A stretch of DNA of 64,000 nucleotides from Tubulanus polymorphus (Eukaryota; Animalia; Nemertea), in contig NC_134028.1 in the NCBI RefSeq assembly GCF_964204645.1, positions 25,540,345 through 25,604,344 on the forward strand, read 5' to 3'. Below the pieces are notes generated by a model. That model saw only the letters and a list, made by a program, of their open reading frames with translations. It did not search any database and was not told where the DNA came from. Numbering within the stretch: the first letter of the stretch is position 1; every line of letters begins with the position of its first letter. This document shows, piece by piece, positions 38,104 to 53,440 of this stretch. Both the position numbers and the translations under genes were made by a program.

Positions 38104-38356
38104 AAGCCCGACGCACACAACGCAGGGAAACACGTCAACTGGAGACAGAAACGTGTTTCCGGGCGTTTCCCTGTTCCGTGTAAGCCCGACGAGCACAACG
38201 AAAACACAGAACTAATCACATGTTTTATCTCGGAAACATTGTTTCCCGAAACAAACAACGTTTCTCATTTCTCGAAAACGCACACGACGCAGGGAAACAC
38301 TCGGAAACATGTCTCCCGATTCCGCATGTTTCCCTGCGTCGTGTGTGTTGGGCCTT
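38104..38356. mobile_element. MITE with ~28-bp imperfect TIRs
   Basis: AGCCCGACGCACACAACGCAGGGAAACA ... TGTTTCCCTGCGTCGTGTGTGTTGGGCC, plus internal copies of the TIR motif. Confidence 0.7.
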
Positions 38357-38739
38357 ACTAAGACGATGCTACAGTGAGTCCTACGACCTAATCATACACC
38401 GTTCTGTGCTCCCAATTTTATTCTCAGGGACTTTTAAACATTCTTAAAACCAACACATAACATATTCTTCAAAAATGGCAAATTTGTACCTGCTATTGGA
38501 AAAGCCTTTAACTTTTTTTTTTATCTTAAAATAGGGAATTTCCCTGTTATTCATTTGGCTGATAAATTTCGAAAATAAAACGAAAGCTTTTTACTTTTAG
38601 CTTTTGTGAATATCTTACGATGTAAATAAGAAATGTACCTCGAATATAATATGATTGACAATATGTTTCCGCTACTGGAATATGCAGAAACTACAGTTGA
38701 TTACTCTATAGACTAAACGCAGATACTGATTGTTTATGC

Positions 38740-38742
<3 letters not shown>

Positions 38743-38832
<90 letters not shown>
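38743..38832. repeat. (AT)n microsatellite
   Basis: Direct reading. Confidence 0.95.
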
Positions 38833-41800
38833 TTGATGTGTTTTTATATGTAAAAATATGACACTCGCGCGTCGCGATGAAAATAATATTTATAAAATGC
38901 GGAATCAGCAAAACAAATTTATCTGAATGAATCGATACCATCTGTTTAGAGCGACTATCATTCACTATATAATTCTTATCTGCGACTGCAAGAGAGGAGA
39001 CCTTTTAACCACAGATCATTGACTCAGTATACAGTATACACTAAAGCTTCTCAAAAAGACGGTTTTCCAGTGATTCATACAAACTGCGAACGAGGGTTCA
39101 TTTGAAATTCATTTTCATCCAAACTATTACATTATGGGTGATGTTAAAAGCGTCAAAGCCCCGGTCCCTGATTACTTAACCATGGATCATTGAAATCAAC
39201 GTCACCGTCATCCTTGTTACAGATTCGTAATAGAATCGTGTCGGTGGTAATAGCAACATGCAATTGGATTGTAGAATGCTTAAGAAGATTTATAACGCTC
39301 GCCTCCTATAAGCTGTAGATTCAGAGACTACCCCGAGCTCAACTGGGCTTTCAAAACGTATCACGAAGGTAAATGCAGCTTTGACCTAAACAGGCCGAAA
39401 TCGCACGCAAGCCACGCTGTGGATAGTCTTAATCCGTGGTGTATGGGATTTACGCTAATCCCAGCTACCACACTGAGATATTCTTATCAACAAGAACTTC
39501 GATGTAAAAACATTTGATATTTCCTACGGCTAATCTATAACGTTATACCGTAGTGGGATCGAGGGAAGGTCTGACGCGCATTCTCTCATATCGCCGTCGT
39601 GTTTCATATACGAACAATCGCCCAAACGATTCCTGCAGTCAAGTCAAATTCAGCTTTCCACCGATCGCGCTGGAGGGGGCGGTCTGGTGTTGATTTGTGT
39701 CAGCGAGGTTGCCAAGATTGAAAATATAATCGCCTTTAATCCGCCGTCGACCTTTTCCGATTCGATGACGAAGTTGGCTTAATCACATAAATATAGATTA
39801 GACACCGGGTTCATAATCATTTTTACATACATATATATAGCGGCATGTATCCCTATCTCTTAGTTCCATCCCTTTTATCTATATCTATATATATACGGAT
39901 AATATAAACTGATTGAATACACGGTATGGGATCAATATACGTCTGATCATATACCGGTGGTATAAGATATTGTCACAACTCAATCAAAGCTACCTAGAGT
40001 TCCTGCTGCTTAATTAATGTAACATAGACAAATAGAGCTGTGCATATTACTAGCATTAACCATTTACTCGTGTGTGTTGTATGGTTGAGCCGTGGATAAT
40101 GCCGTATTCCGATGAACAGAAATTCTTTACATAATTTTGAGCACGAAACCCCATTTTTGATAGACCTCAGTCGAGCAAATATTGATAATTTTGAGTTTAT
40201 CAGGAAGTTGAAATCAGCCAATGATATTTTTGATCTTGAAATAGCGCATCGCCATTCTTATTCGTTTGATTGATTGATTTTGATTTGATTTGTTGCCTCT
40301 TAACAACTCACCACACCTGCCGGGAGTAAAACGGGGGTTTGATTTTGAAATCGGAAATCGAAGCACTTGGACGGTCGGTCGTATTAACAATTTGGAAATC
40401 TCAGGAAGCGGGGAACCCAGTTTTATGATGTATGTGTGCGAAAATATCTGAATATCTTGGACTCGCTTCATTCTTAATCGATTAACCAGATACATTTCAT
40501 TTGAATATACATGATTATCATATCATTTCTCGCTTTCAAAGAGTCTTACATGTAAATGTACTGTCACGAATGAGGTTTGGGAAATCCTCAGATGTATTCA
40601 TAAAATACGCAACCTGCATATACATATATTTCCTGTATATCTATCTATATATTATATGATATTATATTTTCTCTGTTAGCGTTGATAATTTGCCAATATT
40701 CCTGTTATTTATTCGAGTGGGCGTCTGTAACAACCGGGCACATATGAATTCAGTAATAATAACTGGAACAGACCGAAAACTTGAATATTGTGAATAAAAC
40801 CACATCTGTTACGTACGTTACTACACGAGGCTATAATGGGAAAAATGCGCTACGGGTGAGGAACATGGTCCACCATCGGTCAATGAAATGCACCCACCCG
40901 GTCGGACTTCACGCTTCTAAACTGTGAATAAATGATATATGAAATTTGTGTCGATTCCGATGGTGACGCCAGCGAACATTCACAACACACACACACAATA
41001 AAATGTTATCTAGTTTCGACCGATGTTTGTTTGCCAATTGATGAAAATATCGTCAGGAAACATGGCGGCAGTGTATCGTCATATTATCGTTCTCTGCCAA
41101 ACTGTCACGTTTCCGCAGACAACTCTTCCAGACGTAGTATTTGATCCTCCATTAACATCACTACGTGACTAATTACCTTAAAGCTAGCTGATCAAACACA
41201 CGTCAACATCCACCCCACCCTCTCTCGATTCATCGTCTCCCCTCTTCTCCATATTCCTGCTCTCATCTCCCCTCTCCCCTTCCCCTGATCCCTCTCCCCT
41301 CACCACACATCCCTGACCCTCTCTCATACCACTCTCTTGATTGCCATGAAGAAACAAACAGCGTGCGTTGTTATTACTACCCTGCAGATAAAAAGGTAGA
41401 TTTTCAATAATAAACATTTTCATGTTTTACCCGGCCACGGGGTTATCGCGGAGTCAGTCAGGTAAAATTCGACTATTTTCAGCATTGAATACTATAGATG
41501 TATTTTAGGAGGAGCTTAATTATTCCACTGAAAAGAACTGTACACGGATGAACCGCATATTCAGATCGATTCTCGTTCCAATAACGCAGAGGCATGCGCT
41601 CTTATTAATTGAGTGCTACAAAGTAAACAATAATTTGACCAATATTATCGCAATATCGAACAATCGTAATTTTCAAACGTTTAATTTAAACAACTCGAAT
41701 CAATCAAGTGTTTGAGATATGTCTATACGAATAGTATGGCTTCACTTAAACGAACAGCGAACAGAAAATTACTGCTAGGTGCAGATGATATTCAGCGCAG

Positions 41801-44800
41801 GCGCATCAAATGCATTTTCAACAGGTTTCTTCAACGTTCAAATGGCTTTCAAGTGACTAGAAACACGGCGAGGCAAGTTTCGTGACAGTTTTTTTTTGTG
41901 GTGGGTTGAAACATTCCAAGAACGACTTTGATAAAAACTTAATGTCATACGCATAGGGTACTGGGCAGCAGCTGGACTGAGATCTGTATTACCATATGTT
42001 GCTTTAGCTCATTAAAAAGCCAATATATTCTTGTAAAGAAATGTCGCCAATCCCTTCATCTGGGGAACTGTATCTGTAGATGAAACAATCATTCATCATC
42101 GATTTACCATCGATCTATATCTGCGTATACCGAATTTAAATAGAAATAGGATTAGTCCTCAATTTCATATTGATTCACGATCATGTGCATATACTACGAA
42201 ACAGATGTTAATCGCGCTGACCAATGGTCTCATTTACAACGCAGCCATCAAAACTGCGACCGAGGTCCTTACAGGTTCGATTTTCAGAAGGCGGCCATTT
42301 TTCCCAAACATCTAGGCCTAAAGTTTTATTTCAGTTTGCTCGTAGAACGTGCCTTCTAGTGGAAAAAGAAAAACTTCCCTTTTTCGTAATAAAGATCTGA
42401 CGGGTACAAAATGTCTCAGTATGTACAATATATGTTGTCGCGGAATGAACTTCAAATGACATTTACTTCCAATTTCATTTGCAGCGATGAATTCTCGGAA
42501 CAGTGATGGCGTTTAAGCAAATAAGACAAAAGTGAAAAAATAACAAAATTTTAACAGATAGATAAACGGTATAATGGTATATATAGATACGCACTATATA
42601 CCCGTTTTAATCATAGATTTTACATTAAAAGCTTTTGACATCTTCGTAACCTTTATTTATACACGTAAATCTATATACTGGTAATAGGGTATCGAGAGGT
42701 TATACCGACCACCCTCGCCCCAAGTGCGTCGTGTTGCCGTCTTTGTAATGGATTCGGCTCAAAACGAAGGCCATGTTTTATAGATAACCCCGTGCGTAAT
42801 TTCGAACATCGACCACACAATGTTGATATAATCGACAGTGATCGTCTAACTCACTTATCGCCTGAATAATCTAACTTTCACGAGGGACAAGGTCGGAAAG
42901 GGTTAAACAGCGGATAAATGTGACGTTTGAGAAACGCGGAAAGATTCACCGACCGCAATCTGCCAAGGAAAGGTTGACATCGCGTTATATCATTTCAGAA
43001 CACTCCGAGTAAAACTATAAAAAAAATTCAAAAGGCATTACGAGTGTTTGTGAGAGGCATGTTAGTTATGCGACGCTGGTTTCATGCGCTACGAGAGGAA
43101 GGGAATTTGTAGAGTAGGTCGGGCGGGGAGGGAATCATGAGCAGGTTCCCTCAGAGGGTAAGATAGTGAAAAAGGGGAGTGAACGAGAAAGATAGGGAAA
43201 GGAGCGAGAAGGTCGTTAGTATAGTAGAGGAAGACAGATTGGGAGAAAGGACAGCAGTATTGGATCTGAAAGATGGGACGAAAGGAGATGGAAGGACGAA
43301 AGGAGACGGAAGGAAGGACGGAAGGAAGGAAGGTGGTGAGAGGAAGAGTTTCTAGAAACGAGGGATACGAGCAAGGCTACCATATTTCGAAGCAATTTCG
43401 ATTATTAATATATCCATATACGTTCGCAGGTTTAATGTTCAGCTGTGCGTTGAATATATAGACGAGGAGGAATACAAGCCGAGTGTTTGTCAAACTAATC
43501 CATACACAGATTATAATAACTGATGGAAGCCAACTGAAAGCTCTAGTACTGAATATGAGAGATATTCCATTCGCCTTTTATCAATCATTTTTATACGTAT
43601 AACACGCGAACGTTCACTCGTTCATATAATGATAACAAAGAAAATTTATTTGCCGCGCGAAAAAAACGATAGAAATATGGGATGTTAATTTCTCGTTGAA
43701 GAGGCAAGCCGCTTATTCCTTATACGAGGTCCTTTGAAGTGATCTTACCATTAATCAATCGATATCCGGCGATAAAAGATACGCTCGTCGGATGCATCCA
43801 CGCATATTGTTCGCTAATTTTCGTGCTTTTATTCACCGAGATAATAACGAATTAATGTGACATTTTCACGATAAGGCAAAAAAACTATTTCTATATGGCG
43901 CGGCGCTATAAGCTGTGTCACTACCGCCCGCCCCCACTAATTACTCGAGGGGGGCTTGGATTAGCGGGATGCCCGATGCGACCTCTTCTCAATTCATGTG
44001 ATAAGTATACAGACAGCCCAGTACATTTCGATCCCCCAAACGACCACCGACGAAATACTTAATACATGTCGCTTCGAGCGTTCGGGGAATGGTACGGAAG
44101 TTTCCAATCCCCAATAGAAGTCGACATGTTTTTTTTTTACCGCGGCTATGTGAACGTCTGACTTGGCACGCGAGTGGGAGAAATTAACGCAAAGGTCATT
44201 TGATTTGGCTGCAGGCGATACGTGTGACCAAAATCTATTCAGCAGAGATTCTTCAACAGAGAAAAATATACCCCAATGACGAATCATAAGTTTATTATGC
44301 CTTGAAAAATATTTCTTAATATTGCTGACAGATATGATATAAGATTATATAATAAGCTTATAAAGATCATTAGAATTATTTCGAATTTGAATATATCGAT
44401 CATTGAATTGAATTGACCGGCAACCAGTCTAGCCCCGATGACGTAGTGCACATCCTCTCAAAATATTATTAAAATTTATCAGAAATAAAATAAATAAGAG
44501 TCATGAAATATATTTTATTACAAAATAAACGTAATAATTCGTAATTTGTTATTTTGAAACGCCAATACTGATGACGTAATAATTCGTAATTTGTTACATG
44601 GCGCACATCGACTCACACAGAACCCCCTTAAATAACGAACGGTTTTTACGGCGTCAAGAAATCGCTTATATTCTAAGCTCTCTTGTATTCTGACTTAGTT
44701 CACCAGGACGCGACCACTACGAAATGAACTTTGTCAAATTATCAAAGCAAACCACCTGCAGTTTTGTTGTATTACTCTTGTAGGGATTGCAGATGTGTCG

Positions 44801-47800
44801 TGGGCATCTATACAAATTAGTTCTGTCACCGATTGTGGCAACTATCTGGTTATGACATCACCCAGAAATAGCCTTATTGCGCCTACGATATCATATCATT
44901 CTACTTCTGCGCTTGGCTCTTTGTGAAATAAGGAATATCACTAAAGGTGTTGTACCTGCAAGTCTCATCGGCATTTATACTATAATTTGAAAGTAAATTT
45001 CGTTAAAACCTGTAGAAATTTTTTCTGCACGAATATTTTGCGAAGTTTGCACGTTTTGTTGAGAAGGCTACTACAAACAGTAATTCGCTGATAAATAGGG
45101 CGAACAACCAAAATGAAAACTGTTTTCTCGGAAAAGATCGTTCGAGACACACCTTTATAGCGACATGCAGTGGTATTATTTATATTGTGAGAAGAGGAGT
45201 CTAGCCGTATGAAATAAAGGCTGTTTTAGACCTGGAGCGTGGCATGAGAGTAATGTGACAAGGGGCGCGGGCGCGTCTCTGAGTTTATGTATACCACGAG
45301 CGTGTTTGATTACGTCAAGCGAAGACCCAGAAAAACGCGAAGAAACGTTTTCTTTTTCGGCGCTGAATTCATCGAAAAGATTTCGAATCGTCTCGTTTGT
45401 TGAATGCAACGAGCTGAGGTCTAAACAGCCGTAGGTTGAACCAATACTGTTTATCCAGAGTGCTCGGATACTTTGTCAAGTACAGTTAACCAGAAAATGC
45501 GATCATTTTGATTCGAATTGCCGTCGGTAATCTGACATTAGATCCAGTACGAAGTCAATAAGCGCTGTAGGAGAACGAATTTGTGCAATGATCGATGTTT
45601 CTTTAAGAGATGAACCCGATTCGGGTATGATCTGATACTAAAAACGCATCGATAAATTCTAAATTTGGAATGTTTTGCCACCAGCCAAAGACACAAATCG
45701 CAGTTAATGTTTTCATTCAAAGCATCTGATTTTCTACTGCGGTATATACAAACAGTCAATATCATACAGAAAAATCCCACGGGCCAAAATAACATCAATC
45801 TATTGGTCGCTTATATCATTCATACGGCAAATAATGATGTTATACATATATAAAGTTTCGCATACAAATCATTATTTGCTCAGTTCAAAAAGTCCAATAT
45901 ACACTGTTATGTGGAGATGCTTGCTTAACTGCCGTAAGCTCATGACACTTCAATGCTTCGACGATCACACGTATTGGTTACATGCCTTAAACTGGCAGTA
46001 AAATGTGACCAGCCGTTTTAGCTTTGCGTAGGCGATATTTCTTAATTTTTTAGACGAAACATTTTCATCTATGAATTTATTAGGGGAATCTTTAAACCAA
46101 ACAATGAGTTTCCTCAACTACGTACATGATAGAAATCTCAAACCTAGATCTTTCTCTACATCTGTCCAACAACGCACGTGTTTGAAGAAAATCATAGACC
46201 GTTAAATTTCAGATTTATATGAACATTAGTGAACGTTTTCCTAGGATAAATTTCCAACGATAACAATAAAAGTATCCAGATTTGAACACCACAAATCATG
46301 GAAAACTGCCGCAACAAATGCTTTTGATGGTCGCGGATTTTCAGGCTTCGCGCCAAAAAAGAAGACATTAGCGAAAGCCGTCTCAGTAAACCGAAATATG
46401 TCAAATTCATAATAACAACATTGAATGTTTTGACTGAAAATTTCTTTTTCAAGATCAATCGGAAGAAATTTGGAGTGACTTGGTAAAAGAAGATTTCCAT
46501 AATTGGCAGTTACGTATTTCCATTTTCGAATGGTTATACGCTGCGCTGTGGTGCTAATGGATATATATAGCCCTATACTAAGATGATTTTGATATAAGAG
46601 ATTCTTAGATCGATTCAGTATGCGTGTATGTCCTCTTATTGAGTCTCTACAAATAAACAAGCCAACGAAAATCAATCCTCTCATCATTACAGATCGATAT
46701 TTGACCAAAAGATCTAAGATATTGAATTCTGGCATTTTCATTGTATTTCGATGACATATCGCTGTAACATCTGTTTCAGCAATGCGCAGATGTCTGACTG
46801 TAAAATCTAATATCATTGATAATATCATATAGACGTATACATATGCATACATAAGATCTATACAGACATATTTTCAGTCAGTGAAAGCAATGAAAACAAT
46901 CTGTAACGCGAAGGCCAATAAAGAACTGATTTGCTTGTCGGTGTTTCCTGTATAAGTCTTCTGAGATTTTCAATGTTGTAAACCCGTTGAACAGGCACAC
47001 GATTGAGGAGATGTAATTGAAAGTGCCTGCGCGTGAAGGAAATTAGTTGTAAGCCTGACACGGGATCTGCATCAACTGCTTTTATAAGGCGTTAGATACT
47101 GATTACATCCTCGGTTCAAAACACCTTCATATTACACGGCTTCGTTCGTAATAACACGTTGCAATGCGATAGGTCACCAGACTTATCCGTAGTTTCGTAG
47201 TTTCGAGATTTTGGCAAACAGATCTCGAGTGTAACGAGCCACTTCCTGACAGTAGACAGTCACTGGGCGACAACGAAAACAATGCGTAGATATTGAGAGG
47301 AAATGAACCGATTTTTGACGACGTTTCTTCGCAGTATCGTGTGAATTAGAGAGCTCACTTCGTCTCAGTCGTGTTTGGCCAGTTAGGTTATCGGTGTCCT
47401 AATCAGAACCGCACGATGGATGATGTATTCACAATTAGCAGACGATGCATGTCCTTAAGATATCTGATTAGTATTCATTTAAGTTGAAGTAAAACTCCAT
47501 AAAAGACGATCTCTCTTCAAATCGTTCACATCAAACTAAATTTCTACGAGCCATTGATTTTACCAGAAGAAATCATAACCCGTATTCAGGGCTAAGGGGT
47601 TCAGCTTATGTTTCTTAGTAATAAACACGAGTTAAAATGTATATATTCATGAAATCTTGCCGTTGCAGATCATGAATTATGATATTCTCGAATCAAATGA
47701 TATCATTCCCGAATATATATGAAACTATATATATCACTAAGAGACTCCAAAGCAGAATCACATCTAGGCACCATCTTTACATGCATGTATATTTATGTTT

Positions 47801-50800
47801 TTTTTTCCGGGCAATCAAAGACCAACAAACAGCTTTTCCCCCTGTCATCTTCGGTAGATGGGAACGTATCGTAGCAATAGGAAATTGTTTGAAGGGAGAT
47901 TTGAGGTGTTGGCAGATTGATTGCCCGTCCACTATCCGCGAGATCATCAATTATCGAAATAATATCACTGACGGATGTTAGGCCGATATTTATTACATCC
48001 GCGAGTAACTTACTGCACAGGAAAGAAACGGCTACCAACAACTGATCTAATAATTTGGTGAAAAAAAACACAAGCGCTGGTTGACCGCAGGTAGAATACT
48101 GAGAATGACTGCTGCGAAAGGAGTGTACTATGAATAAACACGAATTCGAAAACTCATTATCAGATACGATTGTCTGTTTGAACGACGTGAAATGAGCAGC
48201 TAAACCTATATTCTATAATCGATATATTTATGTTGATAGTTGGTTGAAAAAAGCAGTTCATTTTAAGATATTCATAAATCAGATATTAATGAGGTTGATA
48301 GAACTGGATTCAGGACATTACGTCCTCTTTATGAAGACACATTTAGTCTATTTCAAAGCTAAACGCGAACATGAATATCCAAATTACGTGGTTCCGTGCA
48401 ACAAGTTGAGAGACAGAATAGATGCAATTTTTCACGATTCGAAAACCGTAGGGAATAACAATTTGACATTCTAGTTTTCACACCTGTCAGTCTGTGTAGG
48501 CGCACCAGCTTGCGATTGAAATATTCTGAATAAAATAATCATTTTACCGATGATAACAACAGAATAATTACTCGAAGAATAGTTGGTGCGATTGATTCGG
48601 AAAATTGATTGATGATCGTTAGGTTTTTGTGCTAGAAACTCCTTTGCAAGCCGTACGTATAGAATTCTACCCGTGCCAGTCCTCATGAAACCCCGAACAG
48701 ATGTTTATTAAAACGTAACTGATATTCTAACGTCAACCATTCATTTACAGAGATAGACTATCTTCAAGGGAAAAAGACAGACTGGGCTCGTATAAAGATA
48801 AAACAAGGGAGTGCTCGTGGGTGCAGCAGATATTTCCAATCCGATAAAGAGCAGCTATACCGATTTATAGCAGTCTTGTGAATAGATGTGGGTTCTATTG
48901 TTTTGCTGTTCTGTGAAATCTGAAAATTCACAGCTGAAATTACAGTACCGGGCATAATCGGCTTTAAGAGCTCCTCTTCTTCACTCCCTCTCACCGGTTC
49001 TCGTGTCTCACACCTCGTTCATTCTGACTGTTCCCAAAACGAAAAACAGATATATAACATTCTTAAACTGAACATACTTAACCGAACCGTTCCCTCGGTA
49101 AAATACTAGGAACATAGAATCGGCTCTGAGCCGTTTTCAAATAGCAAATAAATCATCTTCTGAACGAAATGCCACGTAAAACTAATCAGATACACTGGTG
49201 ACTTCAAGAAAATGTCATCTGAAAGATATAGCTGCAGCTAAGTCTGGATACGTATATCACTTCAAATGTCAACAGATTATCCATAAGCAGAAGGTTGTTT
49301 TTGTCGAGTTGAGCGGAAATAGAATTATAAAATGATGATTGTTCTTTTATATGTTTTTCCTAAAGGACTATTTTAGAATAGACTTACGTCGTCAACATTC
49401 AAACGCGACGAGTATAAATATAGGACGATAGCTGATTTGACGTATGAAAGGCGAAAACAGTTCTGTGAAAGTTATTTATAAAGACATTTATGGACGAAAA
49501 TGGATTCGACGTCGCCGTTTTGTCAGGTTTCTTCTTTATGATCGTGTCTAAGCGAGGACTTTTCTCACGTCACCCCTTCTTGCTCTTCTCCTGCTGCAAA
49601 TCCGTCTCGAATAAGATGAGTCGATAAAAAGTTCAAATTAAATCAATCTTTAATTCAATATTGATCATTGAGTATCTTTCGTCTAAATTGGATATGCCGT
49701 ACTCTGAAGAGATGCAGCGAATGTCAATTTTCTCGGATCTATAAGTCGACACAGGGATGCGATATTAGGAGCCGAATCCCCAAAATATTCCTGGCTATAA
49801 TATGTGGTTTATGTTTCACTCGTTGACGACGATTGCCACATTTTGACCTGAAATAAAAAAGCAATATGGCCGTTCGCATGCTTCCGGCTATTCATATGAG
49901 TCTCGTTTCGTACAAATTAATCAAAAGACACCTGCACGCTCATTTATATCGCTGGATTTCCGTTTTCATTCAATATCTGGGTAACTTGAGGCTTAAAATG
50001 GAATTTATACCGACCACCTGAAATCTGTTGCATATATTGGATTTCAGATTGAAATTTGTATTCAATCAGACGTGAGAATTATAACACGCGTATTGTGTAC
50101 ATTCACAATAATGTTTCGCAGTAAAATCTGCTAGAAATGTAGGCAAATATTATGTTGGATTTCTCGGCATATTTAGGGGTCCATAACAAATAGCATGATC
50201 CATATAAGATACTGAAACATTTCCTATTAGCTGGTACGCAACTGCGACCTTGAACTGTAACATGTCCAAATCTATACCAAAATGATCATAAAATGCTACC
50301 CGAAGTCGAGCTAACGTCATCATAACCATCAGAATATGAACAAGTTATCAATTTTGGACTTAGATCTACCACAATCTTTGAACGAAATGAATCTAGAAAA
50401 CGAGATATAAATCGGTGTCGGTTTCTTCCTGGCGTCTGTTGGTGATCTTTATGGCTTTATTGAGTCATGCGAAGCTATACAGATCTTCGAGAGATTCTGC
50501 AATGACCTTCGTCAACAGACATCAATTACAAAATATACCGAGCAAAAGTCGCTAAAATCGACATCCATGACGATAAATCTAACCGACAAACACTGTAATA
50601 ACTAAATCAGTCTCAGACAGTCAACATTAAGCGATGCTCCTTTTAAAGAAGTTCATCACGGTCTTTATGGCTCGCTTATTGCCGACTTGAGAGCGCCGAG
50701 CATCGGATAAACACTGACATCAATTTTTAACAGGCACTAAATGAGTACAATCATACTCGTCATCTTGTCCCGAGAGAGGCCGTAAAAATAAAGCTTCTTT

Positions 50801-53336
50801 CTATAAATCACATGTTCCGAATGGAGTTGGGGTGACGCATCATCGACCTTACACCTTAAGGCTTCATACACACCACAGTCAACGACATGTCAGATTGACG
50901 CCCGAGATTAGAATCTAGAAACAAGCGAACAATTAGTCAATCCCGACCTGTGGAAGAACCTGTTATGTTTTACATTCAACACCTCAGCAAAAATTGTACA
51001 TGTATATATTCGCGTAGGCGGCATGTACAGTTTGAAAAGCAGAGAATTGTTCCAATCTGACAAACAGTGATGAACAGGCTGACAACTAATGAAGTTGACA
51101 CGAAACAAACACACGAAACACGACAACTAGAAAATAATCTAATATATCTATGACAACAGTATATGCGCCCAGTGTGGTTTTTAGTTGACGGGTAATGATA
51201 CAAAATTCCATCTATTATACACGAGTCTTTTCCACATGGATGACTCCGCGCAGGGCCTCGGGACTCTGACTGATGCGGAAAACACCTTCGATATGCGCAT
51301 AAAAGAATGACAACTAACTGAACCGAAATTCTTACTGAACCCATGACATTTTCTGACAAGCAGTATCGCACCGTCATCGGGTAGGATTTCTGATTAGTTT
51401 CAACACATAAAAGATTCAGTGTCGTTGCACACTGCCCACGTGTCTCTCAGTAGAGATGAGCTTACAAGTTCCCATTCTTTGAAATTGCGACCTCTTTCAC
51501 TTATCAATAGAAGCCTTTTGATGAATAGTTGATTAGAAAGGCCGATGTTGCCTGCAGTATGATCATTTCCAGGCTGCGAGGTAGAGGACCGTTACGTCGT
51601 TATGATTGCAGTACAGAATGCGCCTGTGGACCGTTTTAAAAACTATCACGACTGAGCCATTAGAAAGAGAGATCGAGTCAAATTGAGTTTATCAAATTTG
51701 GATGCTTCAATTTTCACCTTTGGTGCAACCGGTGCCGAAAATAGTTACCATATGACGCACCACTTTCGCAGTTTACATACATTACAATGTACTTCCGACA
51801 TTACCAATTTTGGTATTTAAGCTGTAGGTTGATTAGGCAGTGAGTTGGTGGTGTGTGCGATGAGAAAATTTGGCAGTATTTGATCGGGCTTCGGCCAATG
51901 TTTATCCAAGAGATAATGAGTAAATGACATTGGCTTTCTTTGAACCGAAATGTCAGCATTAGTTGATATGATTACCAGTCGGGGAACGGAAATTGCTTCT
52001 GTGGTCGGGTGCGTTTTGCCGGAGCCACATCGATGTCGCCGCGCAATAGCGTTACGCACGCGTCAAATGTGACACAGCATCCATGGCCGCCACTTTCGCT
52101 GAAATATGTATATACGTGTATTACAAAACCAATTAGTTTTAGTTGAGGCAACATCATTCTATCCTATATCTGGGTATAGCTACTAATTACTAATACCTTG
52201 AAGGTTGGTGAAATGATATAACAACCGCCTGACTTTTTATCGAGAATTATTCGCTATATAATTGGACATTTTAAAGTTAACTCTAGGTCTATTTCATTCA
52301 TGATATTTGTGTAAAAAATGAAGAGATGGTTCGGTTTATCGTAACATGTCTGAATTGTTATTTTTTGTTTCGCTGGATATAACAGAAATGTCGTTGTGTG
52401 GGTTTCGATGAAATACTTGCAGCCGAACCACCGAACACTCCGCCGTGAAACAGCTGCCAGTATATAACATTCATGAATGAACTTAATGCTGACATGCGCA
52501 AATCTAATACACATTCTTATCATCATTCAATATTCCGTTGCAACATCTGCGTGGGGTAAAAGGATAACATACAAAGTCAGTTGAGCCTTATGAATATGAT
52601 TTTTAAGATAGATATACATACATATTTAGAAGTAGATAAAATGAGCGATGGTGGTGTTTAACATGCGGAAAAAAGAACGCGAGATAATGTTGATATTGCA
52701 TTGGGTAACAGATATGATTTTCACGAACATTAAAAGAGAATTCCATGATTTGAATTTAAACTTGTCGACAAAATAGGTTTGTATAGTAGGTCTACACCTT
52801 ATCTTTTGCTGCGTTTATATTTCAATTTATGGGCAACCCCTAATACCTAAGAAGAGGTTCTTAGTTAGTATGTTATTTCAGAATCGTCAGACTAGTGTCT
52901 ATTATGCGGCACACTGGTGTCCTTGGCGATTTATCACGGTCGGGAAGCCGTCTGTCTGTTACAGACGACTAAATAGCCAGTAGCAACCAGAGAATTTAAA
53001 ATTCCTCGGATGTATCTACATATCGTAAATCCCGTCACTTCCTCTACTGTTCGATGAAAAATCTATTCTAGCGCTAAATATGACAACCTGTGCCAAGCAA
53101 CGCCGGCAAGAATTGCAGTGACCTGTAGTGACGTTGCGTGGTAGCTGGAAGCGCCGAGATTCAAAAGTCGATTAGCTAGGAGTGGCATATTTCATTAATT
53201 ATCAAAAGTACAGTTTGCGTGTTCGCGTGTATCAGACACACTTGCGCGAGAGATGCGATCGGTCGCGACTGGTCGCAAATGGATTCAACTGCAATGCGAT
53301 CGTCTGAGTTTGGCCCGGGACTACGGTTAAAATCAT

Positions 53337-53440
53337 GGGCCCAGTTTTATAGACTAGTATTAACTATAACCTGGAGGCTAACTTAATTCAATTGAGTTAA
53401 CCCCCGGGTTAAAGATAATACCAGTCTTTTAAACCGGGCA
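53337..53440. mobile_element. Diverged copy of the 13667-13773 MITE
   Basis: GGGCCCAGTTTTATAGACTAGTATTA...TAATACCAGTCTTTTAAACCGGGC. Confidence 0.7.

Noticed and set aside
38672-38965. 97-aa ORF with YI repeats
   Set aside because: It is a translation of the (AT)n microsatellite.
47265-47280. 10-nt match to the miR-981 5' end (TTCGTTGTCG) on the minus strand
   Set aside because: The rest of the mature sequence differs and no precursor hairpin is evident.
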